DNA of 56,391 bases from an uncultured virus (IMG/VR IMGVR_UViG_3300032116_000047) (lineage: Duplodnaviria > Heunggongvirae > Uroviricota > Caudoviricetes). The DNA lies in the IMG/VR virus record IMGVR_UViG_3300032116_000047. One strand, 5' to 3'. A program made the position numbers and the translations under genes. The notes below the pieces were generated by a model. The model had not been told where the DNA came from. It saw only the letters and a program-made list of their open reading frames with translations, and did no database searches. Positions 20,198 to 31,000 of the stretch are shown here, piece after piece; position 1 is the first letter of the stretch, and each line of letters starts with the position of its first letter.

Positions 20198-23100
20198 TTA
20201 TGTAAATAGTGAGAATGATAAACTCACTATATTAATATTTGCTGGTGGATTTTTTGTGTTTTTTACAACCACATCAAATTTATCACCTACTTGAGCACCA
20301 ACAATACCAGTAAGAGTCATTGTTGTAGTTGCGTTTGAGTTTGGATTAGTAGCAACTGGTACTGGAACTATCTCTTGGCTACCATTAAATCCGGATGTTT
20401 TTCTAATAGCAAATAGTAAAGATTGGTTATTTGCATTAAAAAATGAAACTTGAACATTATATTTCAAATAAACAATTGATGATCCGGTTGCAGATGTTAA
20501 ACCTAAAGTCATAGAGTTTTGACTACCTGTTGCTATATTAAAATTATTATTATAATCAACTATTGTATTACCAACTCCAGATAATAAAAAGTAATTAGTA
20601 ATATCAACAAAAGTTTGAATATTCGATTGTCCATCAAAATAAATATAACCTCTTGAACCTAAAGCTCCTTGTGCTATAGACTCTATATCCGATTTTGTCA
20701 ATAAATCATCAGTTGTAGCTAAAGTTCCTGATTTAGCAGGAAAACTATAAGTAAATGTTTGTCCAGATGGAATTTGTGTTGTGTTTAAAAAAGCAGTTCC
20801 ACTTGAAGTAGGACTACCCGATAATCTAAATGAACCAGTTGCTGAGAAGCTTCCATTAAGTTGTAAATTGTTATTTATAAAACGAAGATTGTCTAAAGCA
20901 ACAGCCTCATATTGAAATCCATTAGATATTAACAACTTACCATCACCATTAAGATAGTTTGTGACATAACCAAATCCAGAAGTAACCATTATATCCCAAT
21001 TAGGATTTATGTCTGGAGTCGAAGAAAATGCCGGAATGCTTGTTTTGGCTATGTAAATCTGAGAAACACTTCCACCATATCTTACAATATCATTTTCACC
21101 ATAAGGAGAAGTCAATAACCACTGGCCCTGCCAAGTTAATGGAAGACCGTCAGCTCCACTCGATCCAGCTGTTCCGGAAGTACCAGTTGTACCTGATGTA
21201 CCATCAGTACCGGTCGTGCCACTTGTACCAGAAGTTCCGCTAGTCCCAGTTGTACCAGAAGTTCCGCTAGTTCCAGTTGTACCAGAAGTTCCAGCAATTG
21301 CTATTAAAGACCATTCAGCATTAACATCAGGTTGAAAACCAATATTTCCATCAATAACAGATATATACGAACTACCATCATAAGTAACAATATCGTTTAT
21401 ATAATATGTACTCAAACTATCCCATATTCCTTGATAGTTAAAACCAATACCAGAAGATCCGGATGTTCCACTAGTTCCAGAAGTTCCACTAGTTCCTGAT
21501 GTTCCTTTAGTTCCTGATGTCCCACTAGTTCCTGAAGATCCTCTAGTTCCTGATGTTCCAGTCGTACCGGAGGTACCATTTATTCCAGAAGTACCATTTA
21601 TTCCAGAAGTACCATCTATACCAGAAGTTCCGCTAGTTCCAGATGATCCGTCACCACCAGATGCTCCATCGAGATTAACTATCCAACTCAATAAGTCTGA
21701 ACTTCCCACTTTATTTGTGATTAGAAATTCTAAATATCCAGTTGATGGATTGTATTGAGTAACATCACCTTGTAAATAGTTAGATAAGTCGGATGCTATA
21801 ATAATATTTTGAGCAGTACTATATCCCAAATCTGTTGCTATTATTATACTAAATGTGTTACCTACATTTGTAGTAGGATCACTTAAATCAATAGAACTGT
21901 TATATTCATATCTATATAAATCTCCATTAAATCCAGAACTACCAGAAGTTCCACTTGTTCCAGAACTACCAGAAGTTCCACTTGTTCCAGAGCTTCCGTC
22001 AAGTCCAGCAGGTCCTTGTATAGAACCAAGATCAACCCAACCATCAAGTGTAGCAGATGATGATATTGGATCATAAATATAAACCGAAGTAGTATCAATA
22101 ACTAAAATTGTTGTTAATAAAAGTGGTTGTGTAGGACTTAATAAACCACCAAAAGTAGCAATTAATGTTGGATAATCCGAAACAGAGGATTCTATTTTTA
22201 GTGTTTCACCAGGCTCTCCTTTTTCACCGCTCGTACCACTAGTTCCAGTTGTACCAGAAGTTCCAGTTGTACCAGAAGTTCCTCTTGTGCCACTCGTACC
22301 AGAAGTTCCTCTTGTACCACTCGTACCAGAAGTTGCTGATGTACCACTAGTTCCAGTTGTACCCGACGTTCCTGATGTTCCATCCGCTCCTGATGTTCCT
22401 GATGTTCCATCCGCTCCTGATGTTCCTGATGTTCCGTCTGTTGCTGATGTACCACTAGTCCCATCTATTGCTGATGTACCACTAGTTCCTGATGTTCCAT
22501 CCAATGCAGACGTTCCTGAAGTACCTGAAGTACCAGAGGATCCGTTGTAAGCACCAACTGCTACTATTAAATCATCGCCTAAACTAAAATTTGTTGTACC
22601 AGTTCCAATTGAATTTAATAAAACAACTGGAATCTGCCAATAGTTAAAGTTTGGAGAAGGTTCTATTATTTGTATAGGTGTTCCACTTATTGTCCATTTT
22701 TGATAATTTTCACTTAAATATCTATCTTGTATTAAAATCTCTTGACCTTCTCTATAAAGAGAGATAAAGTTATCAACATCAGTAACATCTGAAGTAAACA
22801 TATTTACATATATGTAAGTAGAGTTTATTTGAGTTGAGTTATTCCAACTAATAAAACCTGGATTTGGATTCCCAGAAATGACACTCGTATTTGCCTCATA
22901 GAAAAAATAACTCGTAGATTGACCATCTTTACCGGATGTGCCGGAAGTCCCATCTAAACCGCTTGTTCCGGAAGTTCCAGCTGGTCCTAAAATACTTCCA
23001 CCATCTACCCATCCACTTTGACCATATACCCAAAGATGACCATCTAAGTCATCAACATAAGCATTTCCTAAAACAGATGGTTCAGGTAAAGATGAAGTAC

Positions 23101-23644
23101 CAGAAACTGTACCATTTAATTGGAACGGATTACCTTGTGGGCCGTCAGGTCCTGTTGGACCGGCAGGTCCTGTTGCTCCGACAGGACCAACTTCACCAGC
23201 TGCTGTAACCCACTGATAATAAGCTCCATCATAAATATATACATAAAGATAACCATAGTCGGAATCGTACCAAAAAGATCCTGTTCTTATTGAATCCGTG
23301 CCAGTACCGTTTGGAATATTATCTTGATAAAAGAATTGAATATTTACACTATTAACATAATTCTTTATTTCATTACTAACAAAAATTGGTGCTTTCTTTT
23401 GTAAAGCATCAAATAATTGTTTTATTCTTGGAAGAGCTAATTTTGCCTCATTTAAAGAAGAAAATGGTATTGATATTACTCTACCGCTTTTTAAGCTTAC
23501 ATTTACCAAGTTATTTTTAACAAAAACATTAATAACTGTATATGGGTTTATTGTATATGTTACCGTGCCGTTATTGTCCATAATCTGAACATTTGTATCA
23601 TTACCGGCCAAAGGTCTTAAAAATTTATCCCAACTATAACTCAT
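20198..23644 (-). CDS. multi-domain collagen-like (GPT and GTS) fibre protein
   Basis: 1148 aa; several GTS tracts separated by globular modules, including two W...Y..NDIV.Y.GS CBM5/12-like units. Confidence 0.8.
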   Translation of the reverse strand: MSYSWDKFLRPLAGNDTNVQIMDNNGTVTYTINPYTVINVFVKNNLVNVSLKSGRVISIPFSSLNEAKLALPRIKQLFDALQKKAPIFVSNEIKNYVNSVNIQFFYQDNIPNGTGTDSIRTGSFWYDSDYGYLYVYIYDGAYYQWVTAAGEVGPVGATGPAGPTGPDGPQGNPFQLNGTVSGTSSLPEPSVLGNAYVDDLDGHLWVYGQSGWVDGGSILGPAGTSGTSGLDGTSGTSGKDGQSTSYFFYEANTSVISGNPNPGFISWNNSTQINSTYIYVNMFTSDVTDVDNFISLYREGQEILIQDRYLSENYQKWTISGTPIQIIEPSPNFNYWQIPVVLLNSIGTGTTNFSLGDDLIVAVGAYNGSSGTSGTSGTSALDGTSGTSGTSAIDGTSGTSATDGTSGTSGADGTSGTSGADGTSGTSGTTGTSGTSATSGTSGTRGTSGTSGTRGTSGTTGTSGTTGTSGTSGEKGEPGETLKIESSVSDYPTLIATFGGLLSPTQPLLLTTILVIDTTSVYIYDPISSSATLDGWVDLGSIQGPAGLDGSSGTSGTSGSSGTSGTSGSSGFNGDLYRYEYNSSIDLSDPTTNVGNTFSIIIATDLGYSTAQNIIIASDLSNYLQGDVTQYNPSTGYLEFLITNKVGSSDLLSWIVNLDGASGGDGSSGTSGTSGIDGTSGINGTSGINGTSGTTGTSGTRGSSGTSGTSGTKGTSGTSGTSGTSGTSGSSGIGFNYQGIWDSLSTYYINDIVTYDGSSYISVIDGNIGFQPDVNAEWSLIAIAGTSGTTGTSGTSGTTGTSGTSGTSGTTGTDGTSGTTGTSGTAGSSGADGLPLTWQGQWLLTSPYGENDIVRYGGSVSQIYIAKTSIPAFSSTPDINPNWDIMVTSGFGYVTNYLNGDGKLLISNGFQYEAVALDNLRFINNNLQLNGSFSATGSFRLSGSPTSSGTAFLNTTQIPSGQTFTYSFPAKSGTLATTDDLLTKSDIESIAQGALGSRGYIYFDGQSNIQTFVDITNYFLLSGVGNTIVDYNNNFNIATGSQNSMTLGLTSATGSSIVYLKYNVQVSFFNANNQSLLFAIRKTSGFNGSQEIVPVPVATNPNSNATTTMTLTGIVGAQVGDKFDVVVKNTKNPPANINIVSLSFSLFT

Positions 23645-23660
23645 TTTTTATTTTATATTT

Positions 23661-24809
23661 TTAAATTATTATATTCAAATTCATTACTACACCATTTAAA
23701 TTATTCTGAGCCAAATCACCAACATTAAATGTTAAAGAATATGTTCCGGTAGTAGATATAGAATTTACAACACCAGCCGTTCCAGTAATTATCATTTCAG
23801 AATCCATAAGGCCAATTTCACCATCTCTAATATCGTCAATGTAGTCAATAACTAAGTCTCTTAACTTATCTTTGTAAAGAATACTAGATGTTCCCCAATT
23901 TGAAAGAGAAATAGAAGTTGAGAAAGTTAATCCATCATTTTCCGTATTAAATCCAAAACTGGACGTAAGTCCTAAGTAATTTACGATGTAGCTTCCGGTA
24001 GCACCAGCAGTTGAATTCCAATAAACAACAGGAGGTATATCATCAAGTAGTGGAGATATGGTATCTATATCAATATTTGGATTCTCTAAAACATAATTCA
24101 TTAATGAATAAGCTTGTTTGGCATTAAATTCATCAATAAAATTTAAGAAAACTGTTCCAAAACTTTCATCATCTATAATTAAAAATGTAGAGTTTAAGTT
24201 TATAGAATTAATATACGGGAGACCAAAGTAAATAAGAGCTCTTTTCGGAGAACCTTTATCATAAACAACAACTGATTCTCCGACTACAAATGATTTTATG
24301 TCAGTATATTCCAATCCAGTAAATGATGTAGCATTTTGATTTAAATCATCATTAAAGAATGAATAATTTTCATCAATAATACCAACCATAACATCTAAAA
24401 AAACATTATAGTTACAATTTGGATTAGTTAAATACAATTGAGGAATTCGGTGAGCAGAATTTCCAGTCAAAACTAACATTTGAGAAAAAGTTAAATTTTG
24501 AACAGGATTATTATAGTATGAATAACTTATATAATTATTATCAGCTACGACAGACTTTGGATCATAAGTTGCTTTGATTGCTAAAAATGTAGCGTTATCT
24601 CCTAAACCTAAATGATTAAGTAAATAATTTACTTGACAAGCCTTTAGAATAATTCTACCTCTTAAAAGTTGTTTATAAGGCATTCTCAAATCAGAAATAG
24701 GAAGTCTATCAACTACACCAGATCCTTCAATAGCTACAAATTCGCCATTTCCTGGTTTTATATATTGACTACTTTGTCCGAATAAAGAAGTTCCACAGAT
24801 TGAAGCCAT
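23661..24809 (-). CDS. virion structural protein
   Basis: 382 aa in the structural cluster; TAATATATA upstream (24831-24839); paralog at 17345..18160. Confidence 0.7.
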   Translation of the reverse strand: MASICGTSLFGQSSQYIKPGNGEFVAIEGSGVVDRLPISDLRMPYKQLLRGRIILKACQVNYLLNHLGLGDNATFLAIKATYDPKSVVADNNYISYSYYNNPVQNLTFSQMLVLTGNSAHRIPQLYLTNPNCNYNVFLDVMVGIIDENYSFFNDDLNQNATSFTGLEYTDIKSFVVGESVVVYDKGSPKRALIYFGLPYINSINLNSTFLIIDDESFGTVFLNFIDEFNAKQAYSLMNYVLENPNIDIDTISPLLDDIPPVVYWNSTAGATGSYIVNYLGLTSSFGFNTENDGLTFSTSISLSNWGTSSILYKDKLRDLVIDYIDDIRDGEIGLMDSEMIITGTAGVVNSISTTGTYSLTFNVGDLAQNNLNGVVMNLNIII

Positions 24810-24848
24810 AAGTGTTTTAAAATTTTAATGTATATATTAAAATTATAA

Positions 24849-27551
24849 TCACATAATATCGTCAATTTGAACTTTGTATCTCTCATTTAACACAGATGAG
24901 TTAGAAACTCTTGTAATTTTAATTTTTTTACCTTTGTTAAATGAAAAATATGGAGTATTAGATAGTAAAGATTGAGTAGCGCTATGTAATTGCAACGGTA
25001 AAGATGCCGAAGCTCCATAAGATACTAAATTTTTATTTGACGAAATATCAAAAATAACTACAGAACTAGTATTTCCAATAAGTGAATCAACCGTATATTG
25101 ACCAGAGAAGTTATAAACAGAAGATGTACCAACAAAAAAGTTATTTAGATAAATAGTTTCTCCAACTTTTATTGAATTATAATTTAAAAATGTGTTACCT
25201 TCAAATGATAACTCAAGTCTTTCTCCTGTTAGTAATCTTACTTCCTGATTAAAGTCTATATCAAAGTTAAAATTTTTCCACAAATAGGCCGAGTTTGGTA
25301 AATTTGTAGAAGTATTGTAATATACAGGTAAATCAATGTCTCCAACTAGCAAAACTTCCGTCAAAACTGAACCACCAGCATAATCAGAATTCATAAAAAT
25401 ATCCAACTTTTTATTTTGCGAGGCAAATTCTGTTCCGGTTATAACTATATCAACTGATTGTTTATATGATAAATCTCTATCTAAAATTAATGTTAATTTT
25501 TCGTTATTTGGTAATTCAAACTCTACTTCATCATTATTCTGAATATTAATCAAAATAGACTTATTTGCCGTAACAAAGGTATTCAAAGGTATAATTCCAC
25601 TAGTATCATACATATCTGATGTAAAGTAGTTGAGTATTGAAGCATACGTAGGATCGATATTAAATAATTCTATCTTTGGTGGAGTTCCGGTAATAAATCT
25701 CGCTTCAATTGAGTTACTTGATTGTATCTGTAATGTAGAATATAACCTTAGTAGTGTTTCGAGATTTGAAATTTTATTATTTAATACATTAATATCTGTT
25801 TGAGTATATAATAAACTCTTTAAATTATTTATTTCATCTCTGACTATAACTTGTTCTCCTATTATATTTGAAAAACTATCATTTAATGAAGCTAATCTAG
25901 TCATCGCGTCATTAAAAAGGTTCATGCTAAAAAGTGAATTTATAGCTTGCGGATTATAGGCTTCTTGAATATTTTCATTAATGATGTTAAAGTTTAGATT
26001 TAAACTAAATGCATAGGATGTGCCGTCTTGTTTTCCATTTGAAACCAACTTTTTATACGTTGGAAATCTAAGACTAGTTTCTTCTTCTATTACGTTATTA
26101 TCTGGGTTATCTAAAAGAGAAACTCCATAAACATTGGTTGTTGAATTACCATTTGAGTCTTCAACTGTATAATACCAAAGAATAGCATTAAATTCAAAGT
26201 CCTCTGGTGGTAAATTATTTGTTGATTGCGCATTGAACTGGTCAAAATTAGTTAATATTCTTCTTGGAATATTCATTTTGACATAGTGATTTATATTAAA
26301 ATCTAAACCAACTCCATCAATAGTTGAACCATCAATTATAGGATTGTTTATATCTCCAGTTACTCCAAAATAATCTCCGGATCTTCTTAACGTATCACCA
26401 TTTGAGGTCTCATAAGTATAATCTAAAGTATCGAAATGACCAAAATAAGATCCTGGATAATTCAAAGGAGTACTAACAATTGGTGAGTTGAAGTTTTCGG
26501 ATCCTAAAATTTCTGATTGATATTGACTAGGTAAAATAGGAAAACTAAGACCTGGTTTATAATTAAAATCGGTCATTAACCTAAACAAAATATCGGGTGT
26601 TTTTCCTGTGTGGTCTGGAATATGAGCATAAACCTCAGTGTATGATCTATTTGCTTCTTGAACATTGGAGATACCATTAACTTCTCCAATATACTGAACT
26701 AATCTATGATAAACTAATTCAAAATTTGCTATAGTCTCACCACCTAAATTAGTAGTAGTTGTATAATCAATATTAAAAATTATTTTTTGACCTTGAGTTG
26801 CACCTGCGGGAATTACATCCAATACATCTATATTTAGACCATCATTTATGTTGTATCCAGCATTCATAAAAATGTCCTCAGTAGTTGAGTCTGCAATATC
26901 ATAAACATTTACAATATCACCTACTTTAAAATTTGTCGTACCAACAAATTCAACTTCTAATTTATTTAAGAATTGTGGATTAGAACTACCAGTTTCATAA
27001 AATAAAATTCCTTCATAAGGTTTTACTTCTCTCTCTTTCCATAAAAACTCCGGAAAATACTCATCATCATTTACGTTTTTTGATTGAAACTCACCTAAAG
27101 TACTAAAATATTCATCTTCAGGTATAGCAGGTTCAAATCCTATCAAATTTAATTTTTTACACCACTTGAAAAATATTTTTTCAGTTGTAGTTTCCAAAGC
27201 ATTTGTGTCATAATAATATTTAGTATTATTCAATCTACTTTCTCTTAAAACAACTTCGTGATTAGCAACATAGTTTCTTAAAGATTCAACAAAAGCATCT
27301 TTAAAATTAGTTGGTGCTTGTGCTACAGATGTTTTTGAAAACGCACTCTCAAAATCAAAATATATTGGTTTAGAAATTGTTCCACCCGTTGGAAGACTTT
27401 GTTTTGGAAAATTTAATAAAGCATATTTAGAAAAATACATTTTATAATTTGAGTTCTGATATGCTGCTGATATGTCTTCAGCTGCTCCAGGAAATGCGTA
27501 AAAAGATGTTCCGTTTTGTTTTAAGAATTTATAAAGTGGTGTAGAAGCCAT
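24849..27551 (-). CDS. large virion structural protein (baseplate/tail-like, unassigned)
   Basis: 900 aa, N/T/S-rich with a central coiled coil; cluster context; TATATA upstream. Confidence 0.6.
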   Translation of the reverse strand: MASTPLYKFLKQNGTSFYAFPGAAEDISAAYQNSNYKMYFSKYALLNFPKQSLPTGGTISKPIYFDFESAFSKTSVAQAPTNFKDAFVESLRNYVANHEVVLRESRLNNTKYYYDTNALETTTEKIFFKWCKKLNLIGFEPAIPEDEYFSTLGEFQSKNVNDDEYFPEFLWKEREVKPYEGILFYETGSSNPQFLNKLEVEFVGTTNFKVGDIVNVYDIADSTTEDIFMNAGYNINDGLNIDVLDVIPAGATQGQKIIFNIDYTTTTNLGGETIANFELVYHRLVQYIGEVNGISNVQEANRSYTEVYAHIPDHTGKTPDILFRLMTDFNYKPGLSFPILPSQYQSEILGSENFNSPIVSTPLNYPGSYFGHFDTLDYTYETSNGDTLRRSGDYFGVTGDINNPIIDGSTIDGVGLDFNINHYVKMNIPRRILTNFDQFNAQSTNNLPPEDFEFNAILWYYTVEDSNGNSTTNVYGVSLLDNPDNNVIEEETSLRFPTYKKLVSNGKQDGTSYAFSLNLNFNIINENIQEAYNPQAINSLFSMNLFNDAMTRLASLNDSFSNIIGEQVIVRDEINNLKSLLYTQTDINVLNNKISNLETLLRLYSTLQIQSSNSIEARFITGTPPKIELFNIDPTYASILNYFTSDMYDTSGIIPLNTFVTANKSILINIQNNDEVEFELPNNEKLTLILDRDLSYKQSVDIVITGTEFASQNKKLDIFMNSDYAGGSVLTEVLLVGDIDLPVYYNTSTNLPNSAYLWKNFNFDIDFNQEVRLLTGERLELSFEGNTFLNYNSIKVGETIYLNNFFVGTSSVYNFSGQYTVDSLIGNTSSVVIFDISSNKNLVSYGASASLPLQLHSATQSLLSNTPYFSFNKGKKIKITRVSNSSVLNERYKVQIDDIM

Positions 27552-27606
27552 TAATTATATTTTTATTTTGATAAACTATATATAATTATTCTTAACCTCT
27601 GTTATT

Positions 27607-28011
27607 TTATTTAATCATTTTTGCAACTTCCAAAAATGCTTTTTCAGTTGATTTAATAACATATTCATAAATACCAAAGGCATTTACTTCAGTCGGTCTT
27701 TCGTCAAAAAATTTCATATCATTAAGAATTTCATCTATATCATTTCTCCATTTTAAGTAAAAATCATAAATATCCGAATCGTTTATAAAACCTTCTACTT
27801 TTACATCTTTAGGATTATTTATATATGACTTTACAAATGAATCAAATTCACCTCCTGACTTTTCAATTGTTTTCTCAATCATTGACTTTACTTCATCAAT
27901 AATCTCTGCAAACTTTGAAGAATCTCCTGCATCAGTTTCTGTTTTTTGCGCTTCACCAGTTGGATTTACTTCATCCGCTTCTTTAATAAACTGAATATAC
28001 TTTTTTATCAT
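27607..28011 (-). CDS. hypothetical protein, putative head protein
   Basis: N-terminus MIKKYIQFIKEA; TAATATATA at 28017-28025. Confidence 0.7.
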   Translation of the reverse strand: MIKKYIQFIKEADEVNPTGEAQKTETDAGDSSKFAEIIDEVKSMIEKTIEKSGGEFDSFVKSYINNPKDVKVEGFINDSDIYDFYLKWRNDIDEILNDMKFFDERPTEVNAFGIYEYVIKSTEKAFLEVAKMIK

Positions 28012-28041
28012 ATTACTATATATTATTTAATAATATTGAAT

Positions 28042-31000
28042 TTACATCCATATATCCTCAAAAATACCATTATACCAAATTCCACCTTCCCAGAATCCTT
28101 TTTCATAGATACCGTTTGTCCAGATTCCGGATTTCCAGTTACAATTTTTAAATCTACTAACAACTCTTAATCTTGTATCAACAGGAGGTAATAAATTTAT
28201 TGGAATCTGTTTATTAACATAAACCTTTGTTCTTTTATTCACAGTATCTTCTACTGTGTATAAAACCTTATAATCTTTTGGATCGTCATTGCTTCCAAAA
28301 TTTTGAGAATAAAGATTTCCTACTTGATTATCAATAATCGTAATTTCATCACCTATATTAAATTTGAAAATTCCATTCAAAGTAAAGTAGTTATCACTAC
28401 TTACGGTAGATCCAGTAAAACCAATTACTTGTATATCTTCTAAAATTCCACCATGCCAAGTACCTGACACAAATTTCATATTATATGCTATTCCTCCATA
28501 AAAATCTCCTGAAAACCACTGACCAGTGTACCACATTGAGTATTTATGAATGTCCGACACATCATATTGACCAACATCATTAAGATTTAATCTTGAATGA
28601 AAAGAACCATTTATCCATTTACCAGAGTGCCATGTTGAAGTTCTACTATTAAAAGAATTTATACCAAATCTAGATTCTAATCCCTCTTTTTGATCAAATG
28701 TTCCGTTGTACCACATTCCATTTTCAAAATCCCCTGAATACCATTCACCATCTAACCAGTAAGCTGGTTCCGAATCTGTGTTAAAATAACCAGCATTCCA
28801 AGTCCCTTGTACCCAAATACCACCTTGAAATTCACCATCATTCCACGTGCCATCGTTCCATATACCTTTATACCAAAGTCCATTATTCCATGTACCACCA
28901 TACCATCTACCATTTATCCAGTTTCCATTATTCCAAGTTCCAGCAAACCATCTTCCACCAAACCATTTAGAGTTTGATACACTTTCTGATTTTTCATTTA
29001 TTTCGACAGTTAAAATTTTATTTTCAATATATTTAGAATCCCAAACACCATCGTACCAATCACCTGTTATCCACGTTCCTGAAACCCATCTTCCACCAAA
29101 CCATCTTCCGGATTCCCAAATTCCTTTATACCAAACAATTTCGTTTCCGGATTGACCTATTGTCGCATCTGAAATCTCAGCTTCGAGTAACCAAGAATAT
29201 CTTCTTGATAAAGTTTCAAAATCTAAACCGTCAATTAGTCTAAATCTGAATTTAGAAAAATCTACATTCTGTAAGCTGAATTTCCTACCAGAAAGTTTTA
29301 GATTGTCAATATCAATCTCAATAGATTGTTTTCCTCTTTTATCAGCACCCATATCAATTAAATCCACAGGTTGATAATTAAAAAATGGATCTGTTTTGAT
29401 ATATTTTACAAACCCAGTATCGTTACCCACTTGTGGAATATTTCCATAAGGTTGATTCAAATAGAAATTATACTCATTCACTACATTTACAATTTTATAT
29501 CCAAAATACTCAGAATTTAATTCCTGAGAAGAACCAACACCACCATTGAATTCTAAAACTACACCATCACCATTTTTAAGACCGTGTTTTTCTGAACAAA
29601 ATATAAATAATTTACCACCAAAGTTTCCTGTATTACTTATAGGAACTATGATTTCTTGGTCCAATCTAGTAACATTGAAAGAAAGTTCATTTTTATAATC
29701 TACATAAATTAAACCGGTCAGATTTTCAACAGTTTCAACATCAGAAAGTAAAATTTTAGCATAAGAATCGGTAGGGAACTTTTTGTTTAACTCACTCTCA
29801 TATGTAAAGTAATTATACCCATTAATAACCACGTCATCGTTTGGTATCTTTACTTCTCGTTTATTGTGCAAACTTCTTTGTATATTATTCAATTCATTTA
29901 AATCTTCACTGATTTGTTTAAGTTTTCTTCTTGATATTATATCAATAAAATATAAATTCGGAGTTGGAACCGCAGTCCAGTTTAATTTTTTATGAAACTC
30001 TACTATATACGCATCTATTCCTAAATCTTGGAAGTTTTCAATCACATATTTTTTTGTTATCAATAACTTTTCAGTAGTAGAAGACGGTACAGAGTAAGTT
30101 ACAGATGTATATAAATTGATATCAACAAATGTATTTAGATGTAAGGATTCCCACTCGATTTTTAAATCTTGACCAAAAATTATTTTATTTGTAGTTGATA
30201 GGTAAGCAGCAGGATTAACAGATGAAAAAGTCAATCCATTCTCGTCAATATAAGCATTACTTGATGTAAATCCACCAGTTCCCTGTAGAGGAATTGCTCT
30301 ATAATCCGGCATTGCGTAGTACTCTTTATCAGCATAAAAAATTGGAGACGGATCTCCTATATCATTTATTGATTCTAGATAATCTAATATATTATAAGTT
30401 GGACTATAACCAAAATTTAAAAATCCTGATGTATATGACATTGTATAAGATTCATAGGTTGTCTCTACTTTTTGAGACAAATTATAATAAGATGTAAAAT
30501 TATTAAATTTAGGATTTAATGTTAATTTATTTAAAGTCACCAATTGAGAATTAGTTCCATAAGAACTTGGTTCTACAACAAAAGGTGTATTAGCAACAGA
30601 GGTTAATTTAATATCATCTAAAACTACAGTTTTATAAGATGGAGTGAATGGTGGTTGTGTAGCGGCTGAACTTCTAATATTAAATCTATATTTAGAATAG
30701 TTATATGATAAATTAATATTTACTAATTGAGGAATATTTCCTAAGAATCCATTGGACATTACTCTAGTATCTAAGTCATACCAAGTTGAACCTGATAAAC
30801 CTTGAGTTTTAATGTAAGAAAATGTTCCAGAAGAGTTGAAAAGACCATTCGATTTGTATAAAAATGATATGTTTTGAGCATTCTGAATATAAGGAGTTTC
30901 AATTAAATAATTACCAACACCACTTGTACTTATTGAATATGTTTGACTTGATACGCCAAAAGAACTTACTGTTGCGAAATTTCCAGTAAAGTTCCAATTT

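Noticed and set aside
19207..22550. Plus-strand PDV/PEV-repeat ORFs
   Set aside because: Reverse-complement reading of the Gly-Thr-Ser repeats.
28847..29155. Plus-strand Pro/His-rich 102-aa ORF
   Set aside because: Antisense shadow of the Trp-Gly pentapeptide repeat.
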